In this document: positions 54,780 to 64,000 of the stretch, piece after piece
How the letters are laid out: each line of letters opens with the position of its first letter
Position numbering within the stretch: the stretch's first letter is position 1
Notes under the pieces: generated by a model
The model's database searches: none
Told to the model about the DNA's origin: nothing
Seen by the model: only the letters and a program-made list of their open reading frames with translations
Program-made: the position numbers and the translations under genes
Assembly (NCBI RefSeq): GCF_026571515.1
Contig: NW_026854598.1
Coordinates: 1-64,000, forward strand
Direction: 5' to 3'
Length of the DNA: 64,000 nucleotides
From: Ruditapes philippinarum
Lineage: Eukaryota

Positions 54780-55580
54780 ACTTAACAAGGGTGTAGCTTA
54801 GCACAAAAGTCAATATCTTTAACTGTTTGCCCAAGAAAATGGTGTTCTTTACGAAAATATATACACTAAATATTCAGAAAGAACAAATCACCGGTCAACA
54901 AATCGACCATACCAAACGCAAACATCACACACATTTGGCTTAAGTTGACGCTTTGGGATTTAATTACTTTTAAAAACACCATCCAAACTAATATAACAAC
55001 GGATCCGCAACATAATTATACAAACGTTGTTTTAACAGTAGGCTCGTTGAAGTAGTGTTTTCACAATAAAAGTATACATTTGAGATACAGATATTAAAAG
55101 GGTCGGTCCAACAAACGACCATGACATGCAGAAATCTTGTGGATTTTTCACTTTGATAAATGATCCAAGCCTTATATTGCTGTACAGAATACCTTCCATA
55201 CTAAAAGAAAAACGAATCCTCAACCTAAACACACAAATTGTCGGCTCGAGAAAATGTTTTATAACATGTATACACATTATATATAAAAACAAATCATCAA
55301 TCAAAAAACGATTATGCCTAACAAGGCTATATTTTCCCTTGGATTAGGTCTACGGGCTTTTGATAGCTTCTGTTAAGAAAGCCCTCCAGACTTATGTAAA
55401 AGCGAATATGCAACGGAATCAAACACATTGTGTTTTAGCTGTCGGCTCGAGAAAATGGTGTTTTTTACGTCAATTTAGAAAGTTTATAAAGCGAAAGAAC
55501 AAATAACCATTCTAAAAAACATGACAATGCCATGCAGAAATCTCCCGGACATTTTGGGCTTCGGGCCTTTTATTGCTTAA
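54780..55580 (+). repeat. Second array of the same ~200-bp satellite (4 units)
   Basis: ctgtcggctcgagaaaatg-like motif at ~54820, 55035, 55240 and 55440, with catgcagaaatct repeated. Matches 43730-43780. Confidence 0.7.
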
Positions 55581-57549
55581 AGTAGACACTGCAAATTGTT
55601 GCAGATTAGTATGAGCCAATCGTTAAACACCATTTTTATTAATATTAAAGTGACTCTGTCAATACATTAATCATTTAAGTCTTTGTTATTCCTTACAGTT
55701 TTGACTACTACAGAAAAGTCTTAAGAATTTCATTCACTAAAGTTAAGATATGATTTTGCCTTCTCACAACAATCTATATGACTCACAGCATTAATAGTTT
55801 TAAAGTGTTTTTGTCATTTTTTTTTAAATAAATCATGTTGCCACACATAATTGATTCTTAATAAAACAAGAAGTAAAATTCAAAGAAATATATTTCTGTA
55901 AGTCTTTTATTGCTTGCGTTACAAACATTCAGTAAATAAAGATATATACAAGAATATAAAGTAACACAATAATGCAACTCATATATAATACTGCACATTT
56001 GAAACGCCGCTTTTTAGTGGAATTATTGACAACATCGTAGTAAAAATATCATTACAGTTCTTTCAATTTAAAAGCGGATAAGATCTACGTCTTAGATCAA
56101 AATAAATCCTTTGTTTAAATCAACGAATAGCAATACAGATGTAATGTTAAGGAGTAAATAATACAATAATATAATTAAGATAAAATTAGGCTCATCCTTT
56201 GTTACAGCCTATCCTATTACAGTTTTGCATTATCTTGTAATTGATGAGTTTAACGAGAATTAAACCATCTTATCATTAATCTAATGATTAAAGTATAAAG
56301 TAATAATAAAATTACATAATTAATTATCATAGCGATACAGTTATCTTGCATACACAAATCAACCATAAAATGTAATAACACCTGTCATATAATATCATAC
56401 AAAAATATTAAAGTGATTTATTGCATTAAACTAAAGCAGCACTGCTTAATTAAAACAAACATAAACAGTGTTAATAACATATGCCATGATTTATATATTA
56501 TTGCCAGAGCAATATGCTTCAATATATAAAATATAGTTTCAAAATATAGATATGTGTTACATAAACATGAATTTAAAATGTAACCTTGTTTATATTTCGT
56601 TTGACTGATAACTATAAAATATTACAAGTTTTATCATTTATTTAGCAATAAGTTGAGCGAGATAGATCTAGGGTCGACACACAACGATATTTATTCTCAA
56701 AAGACTAAGTATAGAAATATTGTCCCGATTTCTTTACCTTGGTGTACTTAGAGCACTCTTATTTTACTTTCAAATGCATATTGCTACGCGAATTAAAATA
56801 AGTTATCTGCGTTGTTCCTTTTCAATCTTTTCATTGCATGCGTTGATCGCTCTAGGCCAAAAATATGTCGTTTAAAATTCATCTGTCTCGTTTTAAGTAT
56901 TGCTAGGCTTAAGATTAGCAACAATTTCCATACTGCTTTTATACTGGAGTGTATTGAATAATTTCAAACGCACAACAATATATGAAAATATGCCAAAGTG
57001 CAGCCGTAAATAAGATGCTTCTTACTGCATTTCGTGGTTGTTTTTCTTTTCTTTCATTTTGTTGGCGATATTATAAAAATGTTTATTGATGTTTTATATC
57101 TAATTTTATATGGTAATAAAATAATTCTAAAAACAAACACAATGGAATGATGTAAATTGGCTAAAATATTTAAAGTTTTAAGTATGAAACAAAACGCCTA
57201 ACCGAAATTTACATGCAACGAGTATGATGATATTTATGCTAGAAGAATGAACATTGACTCAATCAAATGTTTTTGATCAAACTGAACGTTTACGTTTGAC
57301 AATTTTTGTATATTACATTATTTGAGAAATTGATTTTCTGTTCATGTTTGCACATTGAATGCTTGACAACATTTCATTGTACAAAATTTGCTTAGGCATA
57401 TTTCTTCATGGTAATTACTTCAGCTTTTAATCGGTGAACAAAGATATGCCGAAATTTAAAAATGTAAAAAATATAGTTAAACAATGATTATAAAGCTTGC
57501 ACAAATTAAGTAGTATCAAGCAGTATTTAATTAATTAATAATAACAATA

Positions 57550-58853
57550 CAACAAAAAACCTCAATAAAGACCACCATCGGGACTGGACCAAAGTGGTCT
57601 TAATTGCGGGGTGGTCTTAATTGTGAATATTCTTATCAATGCTTACACACTTTTTGATCATGGTCTATTTTAGTCATTTTGTATGAACAAACAATATGTA
57701 TATCAGCAAATGCAACATAAAAGTATGTTATAAATTAACATCTGATGGGGTAAAAGAAATTTAAAATCAAGTTCTATTTTGTCTGATTCAATATCAATTT
57801 CAATATTAATTATCAAATGATGTACATAATTTCTCCCATCAAATAAAAAAAATATATCTTAGCATAATCAATGTGCTTAAAGCAAGATTAAACCACTATA
57901 AAATTTACTTTTTCACCTTATTTTATACAATATCCCAATGTTTGTTTGTTTGTTTGGATTCTTACGGCACGTCAACACATAACTGGCCATATCGTGCCGA
58001 ATGCTATAATAGGCTTAAACTATTATGTAAACATTGTAAATGACAATAGAAATGAGCCAATTAGATCCTAGAATACAAGTTTATCTCTTTTAAATAATCA
58101 ATTATGTTTTTTGATTGAATTGTATTAAAAAGTTATTTGAGTGAATTTACAGAATAAAATATATTACGGGCCTGTGAAAAATCATGACATTCAAGAAGAA
58201 AATGCTTGACAGTAAAATTTTCATTACAACCTACACAGAAAGGGGCATTGTCATTTGTGAGGAGATAAGAGTGGGTAACTTTAGTGTGTCCAATTCGGCA
58301 TCGAAGAAGAACTGTTTGATCACGGCGGTTTGACAGAGATAGAGATGGTGACATATCAAGAGATGGGTTTATATCGTGAAGTTTATTAAAAACGGCATTG
58401 TCCCAATTTGCTTTCCATTCAGATGATACGAGTTTATTTATAGCCGGTCTAAAATCACAAGCAGGTAACAATAAGTCAGTTTTTTGAAAATTTAATGATT
58501 GTTTAGCTAAAGCATCTACTTTTTCATTTCCTCGTATTCCTACATGGCCAATGATATAGGGTGTTTTTGACACCTTTTGTAATCAGGTGTTATGCCTTAG
58601 AGCATTCAAGCTGATCATAAATATAGATAGATGTTGACGTAAAATCAGTGGTCTCAATAGTGGTGTCAAATAAAGAACAAAACAAGGAATTGGGACTGAA
58701 TCTGGTGGTCTTAAAAGTTGATAAGCGAGGTGGTCTTAATTCTGGATCATGTAACTATTGACATAAAGAGCAGAAAATTCCGTACTTTTAAAAAATGATC
58801 TCAAAAGTGGGATGGTCTTAATTCCGGGGTGTTCTTAAGTAGGATTTCTACTG
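57550..58853. mobile_element. pogo/Tigger-like (Tc1-mariner superfamily) MITE containing a nested LINE
   Basis: Flanked by TA (57548-57549, 58854-58855). Right end ..aggatttctactg, degenerate left end ca..aaaacctc..aagaccacc, and multiple internal gtggtcttaa motifs. Absent from the homologous site in copy A (~24755). Confidence 0.8.
57941..58547 (-). mobile_element. 5'-truncated LINE 3' end (same family as 7967-8952), nested in the MITE
   Basis: ORF 58133-58573 reads HVGIRGNEKVDALAK..RCRIGHT..CVGC..HFLLEC. (AAAC)n tail; TSD CCAATG at 57935-57940 and 58548-58553. Confidence 0.92.
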
Positions 58854-59344
58854 TATTTAGATCGATAAATTTTATTGGTCCATATATATGTAAATGACCA
58901 TTGCACGTCCAAACTATAATGCTCTTAATATTTTTGTATGCAAATTATAGACTAATAGTATAAAGCATTGTTTAAATACAGTTTGTAATTGATAACCAAT
59001 CAAGAGAGAAGCAGGGTTTTTATCAAGATTTGTTTAAGCTTTTAACTACTTAACGATTATTTACGAATCAGCATTTAAGATGTACTATGTTCACCCTTCA
59101 TAAATCTATGGAGATCTATAAAGGTCCTACTGAATTATGTCTAATCTGAATAAAAATGATTAACTAAGTAAGAAATCTGCAGTCCCTATTACAGGTCAAT
59201 TTATGTTGGTCTTGTCTTTCACAATGTGCTTTTTTCATACTGTGACCACTTAGTGTGTTGAATTTAAAATAATACGTATCTACGTTGGGTGAAGACAAAA
59301 TATGTTGATGTCATATTAACGAAGAGACTATATTGCAACTATTA

Positions 59345-59620
59345 ATATGTAGAGGCTATAACATGGGGCAAGTGTGCCTTAAGTCCATATTGGCACACTT
59401 GGTGACTTATTTGCCCGATGGCATATGTTCCGCAGCAACTTTTCAGATTGGAATAAAATCAGGCAATAACGCAATTATTCTAATATATTTGTTAATTGGC
59501 TGTCCGTGTTGTTCGATTATATTATCTTAATCCATCAAGCGATTCGCTTTCGCCGGCCTTTTTTTTGCCATGCGGTTGTCAATTATGTAACGTGTATACG
59601 CGCGTACGTTCTGTCGTTAC
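59345..59620. mobile_element. CpG-richer, probably DNA-transposon-derived fragment just upstream of GPCR B exon 1
   Basis: No counterpart in copy A. Contains inverted words aagtgtgcc/ggcacactt and gggcaa/ttgccc. Family unresolved. Confidence 0.4.
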
Positions 59621-59689
59621 TGTACAATAGTTTAAATATACATGTATTTTATATAACTACAAGCTACTTTTTTGCTTGTGTTATTTATA

Positions 59690-59901
59690 CGCTGATCCTA
59701 CTGTCACCAGCACTGACGAACACTGTCAGTCCTATTTCACAGCTTGAACCAGGCTGCTATGTGAAATTGTTCAGGAGAGTAGAATTAAACGCTCGAGCGA
59801 GTATATTAGATATTGGTTATTTTCTCATTGAACACTGACGGAATATCAGTTGATTGTCAGAAAGGGATAACAATATAAGTAAGATACTTCGAAACGTTAC
59901 G
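59690..59901 (+). other. Putative non-coding first exon of GPCR B; intron 59902-60490
   Basis: Homologous to 25385-25610. GTAAGT donor at 59902; acceptor tttctttcAG at 60489-60490. Confidence 0.6.
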
Positions 59902-60548
59902 GTAAGTAAATGTAGTTAAGTGTTTTGAACGGATTTTCCTTATCATTGAAGAACAATTTTAAGATGAATGTAGTTTTGAGTGTTTAAAATAATTGGAGCT
60001 ATAAAAATAAATTCATGAAAATTTTACATCATTTTTTAATTGTGCATTACACCATTTGGACTCGAATATTTTTAGAATGTATCCATTGTGGGTATACTTC
60101 AAGGGGTTTTTTTGCCATTTTTTTCATTCGTTAGGGATCCCGTTATTTCTTCTTGATTTTCATAAGTGATAATGTGTTTATATTGATATTTATGACACAA
60201 TTCTTGTTTTACTTTGTATCTGAAAAAATCAGTACATATTACTAGTAATATATGATCAATTCATGTGCTTAATTTATAATGAACTTTACTTAAAATAACC
60301 TTTTGCCTTTTGTCCTAACTTGGTGATGATCTTCTAAAATTAAAATTTTAATGATACTTGTTTAACCAATAAAATAGACGTTTTTCATAATAAAAGAAAA
60401 AAATCACATGAAATGCAGATGTAAGTTAAGATTGTTTTATAGGTAGTTATTGTTATTACCGAATACTATTTTTCATTTACTTTCTTTCAGTTTTCTGCTG
60501 AAATATTCTACAGTTGAAATAGTTCCTTGTAAACGTTACACTGTATTG

Positions 60549-61661
60549 ATGGACAGCAACTCAACTTCAAACGGTAATTTCTCCAGCAAAGAACAGAGAT
60601 TTGAAGAAACACGGCAATTCATTGCTTTACTTGAAAAATATGCAGTACCAATAATTTGTTCATTTGGATTAATTGCAAATACGTTGTCTTTTACTGTGTT
60701 TGTTCAAAAGTTCTTAAGAAGAAAATCATGCAGTATATTCTTAGCGGCTAGAAGTCTCAGCGACAATGGATTTCTTATCACTCTTTTAGTAATATGGACC
60801 TCTTCAGTGTTTCAATTAAATTTAAGTAGAATAGCCGGTATATGCCAGGTAATTGTTTTCTTCACTTACCTTTTTTTGGATGTCATTATCGGTATGGGCT
60901 AGTTGTATTTGTAACAATAGAAAAATTACATACGGATATGTAAACCTTTTATGGTCAAATAGTTTGTGTCAAACAACGAAAGCAAAATATGCCGTGATAA
61001 CGCTTGTAGTGTGTACATTATGTTGTTACAACTTTCCATTATGGACGATGACAGGAGAGTGTACACCAAAAGTTAAACACTATAAATTTCTTAGGATAAT
61101 GGTTTATGTTGACAGTGTTATTACCCTTGTTGCACCTTTAATCATCATGACATTTCTCTTGTCTCGGATTGCTTTGTCTTCACTATCATCATGTGAGCGT
61201 CGTAGACGTTTTAGTTCAACATCTGCACAGAGAATCAGTGACCTTAAGACAAAAGTTACAAACAATGCTTCTGGCAGTCACGCTTATTTTCATTACATTA
61301 AACCTTCCCTTACCATGTGGTGAAATTACGGCTTCTCGTGATATCATTCATTAAGGATCAAATAGATGTATCCACGCCAGTTGATTTAACCGTACAATCT
61401 ATATCTCAACTGATTTATTATTTATCTTTAGCAATTAATTTTGTTGTGTACTATATTTTTGGAATGTCGTACAGAAGAACATTTATTGGTCTTTTCTCTG
61501 GAAGAAAAAAGAATGTATATTCTCAGACGGATTACAGTACTTTGGCGACTTCAAGAACTCGGAAAATTGGTCAGTCTGTTCAACCAGCGTCGGAAAATGG
61601 ACAATCAAACTATAGTATAGTAAATGTACAAGTAACAGAAGCTGAAACACGGATAGAATAA
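60549..61661 (+). pseudogene. Paralogue B of the same GPCR, frameshifted in this sequence (true pseudogene or sequencing artefact)
   Basis: ORF pieces 60450-60902, 60853-61323, 61169-61354 and 61317-61661 tile the copy A protein. ATG at 60549, TAA ending at 61661. Length is 1113 nt versus 1104 nt, and the 9-nt excess is accounted for entirely by small insertions (60870-60960, ~61260, ~61313). About 19 amino-acid differences after frame repair, with no nonsense substitutions seen. Confidence 0.85.
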
Positions 61662-62789
61662 AGATTTAGTTCTTATAGAGATAATCTTATTACGTGTTGC
61701 TCCACTGATCAATACTGTCTTTCTATTTCTATAATTAAATTATTCCCTAAAATACATGTAATGATATAAACAAAGTCATAGGTTATTTATATTTGTAACA
61801 AAACAGGATTTAAAAATTAAAAATTCATTAAATTATAAAATGTATTAAGTTTGTTGTTATTTTTGGTTTTATTCATGAACCATGAAAGTAAAGTGAAATA
61901 TTAACCTTCCCAAATTTATGAATATTTCAAACAAATTTACTCACATCTTTATGTTTTTATAGTAGAGAGGAATTAAAATCGAGTACAAACAATGTACAAA
62001 TAGCTTCAATAGAAAAACTATTAAAGCAGTTGTAAGATCAATAAAGTTATATATAAAGTCAGTGTACATTTAGACGCCAATATTTCATCATATCGTATTC
62101 ACTCCTGTTTTATCTATTCTTTAGATCGATAAATATTCAACAAAGTTATCTTAGAATGTGGTCTAAGATCTTTTAATTGATTCGTTCTCACTGATAGTTT
62201 TTACAAAATAGTATACTCTCGATCGGTTATCATGCATTTAATATTACATATAGTGTAATCCTTCTAAAAATATAAATGATAACTTGTTGACTATTTTAAT
62301 TACAAATTCTGAGCAATAATACCAATCATTTTGATTTTATATCATGTTTTATAAAAAAACAGACGAAACCAAAAACACCGTTTTTTATTAGCTTTGGGAC
62401 ATAAAACTGCTTATCGTAATATGTGTTTTAAGGTGATAATGCTTCATTAACATCGTGATTCCTACATTTAGAAACAAATTGTGTTATTTTATCTAATAAC
62501 TATGATTGATTTATTCCTAGAAGAAAAGAAAAAAGATCCCAGAATATCATCTATTACATGTATCAGCACATATATTCTTTTATGTAATTAACTGAGCTGG
62601 TCATAGCAAAATGTAAAAGAAATATTATTATAGTGTAAATTTCTTAAAATACTGTATAAATGATTATTTAATTATTTTAGTATAGTGATGAATCAAATCA
62701 TAATGTTAAATATATAAAATTTACCACATACCTATGACGATTTTGCGACTCTATAAAAAAAGGTATTGCATGGCCGTGCATACATTTTG

Positions 62790-63060
62790 GCGTGACGTCA
62801 TTCGATATTTAAAACATAGTGTAAAGTCGCGTTAATTGTCATTGTTAAATAGGTACGTCAATGCAAAATGGTTCTGTTGCATTTTAAACTGTCTTTATTT
62901 TGGGAATATGATATATTTAATATTATGTTTGTGTAGGTACAATATTGAACTCGTTTGATAAAATAAAATTTACTTCGCCAGAGGCTCGCATAATATAATT
63001 TATTCAACTCGTTCAATAAAATCAGTATTGATTCTACTCTCATCCAATATTCAATATATA
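62790..63060. mobile_element. Palindromic Crypton-like element (copy B)
   Basis: Arms tattgaactcgtttgataaa / tttattcaactcgttcaata around ctcgccagaggctcg-like centre. Confidence 0.5.
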
Positions 63061-63204
63061 TAAAGATATGGTTTTCGGCACAGCAAAAGGAAATAATTAC
63101 ATTTCAAATGAACACTTTTTGTCACACTAATTATTCATTAATTTTTCAAAAAATCAAAAACTGTTGGTTAATATAGATTTTGTTTTGATTGTGTTAGGTT
63201 AAGG

Positions 63205-63375
63205 CTTATAGACACACTTTCGAATCTGATCCTAGAACCAACCAGTTCCGAGCAATAAGTGTAAAGTGTCTTGCTTAAAGAAACAACGACTTTCCCTAGA
63301 GGTTTGAACCAATGCGGCCGCCGATCATTAGATTTCTAGTTCAATATGTTAACCACTCAGACATGCCGCCACTTT
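63205..63375 (-). mobile_element. Old tRNA-derived CORE-type SINE (copy B)
   Basis: gaaccaaccagttccgagcaataagtgtaaagtgtcttgcttaaagaaacaac..gtttgaacc..taaccactc. Confidence 0.65.
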
Positions 63376-64000
63376 GATCATAAACTGTTGATGAATATTC
63401 ATGCCCACTCAAATATTCCTTTATTAAAAAGGCGATGTGCCAGATATGTTCTCTAAGAAAATCAATACAATATATTCGAATGATTAGTACAACAATGTTT
63501 ATTTTCAAATCACTATTGATTGAGTCCATTGACGTAATTATGATATCATATTACTAATATTTGTTTTGCAATATAAAAGTGATTCTATATTTCACATTAA
63601 AAGAAAGAAAAAAAGTGGACAGAATCAATAACCTGATCTAATCTGATCGATGTGTTAAAATTAATATAGTTTATGCCACGCAATCAAGTAAAAGTTGATA
63701 ATTTGTAATGAAATAACCACAAGTATTGAATGTATAACCGTTGGAACACCATTCAGCAAATAAAAATTATTTAAGCGGGCATTTTTTTGCATTTTTTGTA
63801 GATAAAGATATAAAGATAAATAGATGAATAAGAAGCACATCGTAACACTAACAGCGTGCACCACACACTGAAGGCTATATATGCCAAGGAACACATTATT
63901 CTTTATCTATCATAATGAATAGAAGCATTTATTAGCTAAACATATCGGTTAAAGATCCTGTAACACAATTTTTGAATGATTTTAAATCATAAATATGATT

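Larger units (their letters stand above)
54200..64000 (+). repeat. Segmental duplication, copy B (continues past the window end), with copy-specific insertions
   Basis: Same anchors as copy A. Extra segments at ~54780-55580, 57550-58853, ~59085-59200 and ~59345-59620. Confidence 0.88.

Noticed and set aside
60450-60548. N-terminal extension of GPCR B in the ORF track
   Set aside because: It starts at a non-ATG codon inside the intron and crosses the conserved acceptor at 60490. The homologous ATG is at 60549.
54200-64000. Copy B as an uncollapsed allelic haplotype of copy A
   Set aside because: Flank divergence and several copy-specific insertions look too extensive for alleles. It is not fully excluded in a highly heterozygous genome, and read depth would settle it.

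Overview
AT-rich (roughly 70% by eye) eukaryotic, mostly non-coding DNA. The repeat inventory suggests a bivalve mollusc (inference): tRNA-derived Meta- and CORE-type SINEs, I/Nimb-clade LINE tails ending in (AAAC)n, pearl/DTC84-like Helentron satellite monomers and Crypton-like palindromes. The only well-supported host genes are two direct-orientation paralogues of a class A (rhodopsin-like) orphan peptide-receptor-like GPCR with a single coding exon. Copy A (26528-27631) is intact. Copy B (60549-61661) carries 9 extra nucleotides, all insertions and mostly homopolymer extensions, so it is either a pseudogene or an uncorrected long-read artefact. Each copy has a conserved non-coding first exon and an intron. 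Both sit in an old segmental duplication (about 22-30 kb versus about 54-64 kb). The GPCR upstream module recurs several more times without a CDS, including an inverted copy that runs off the left edge. Three observations stand out. The receptor has Asn instead of Arg at 3.50 (ENY) together with Arg instead of Leu at 2.46. A 251-nt tract is identical between the paralogue CDSs while their flanks are strongly diverged, suggesting gene conversion. The two paralogues have different proximal promoter sequences. Mobile elements include a decayed mariner, a piggyBac MITE, a pogo-like MITE with a nested LINE, SINEs and a ~200-bp satellite. I found no CRISPR array, rRNA, genuine tRNA or clear multi-gene novel system.
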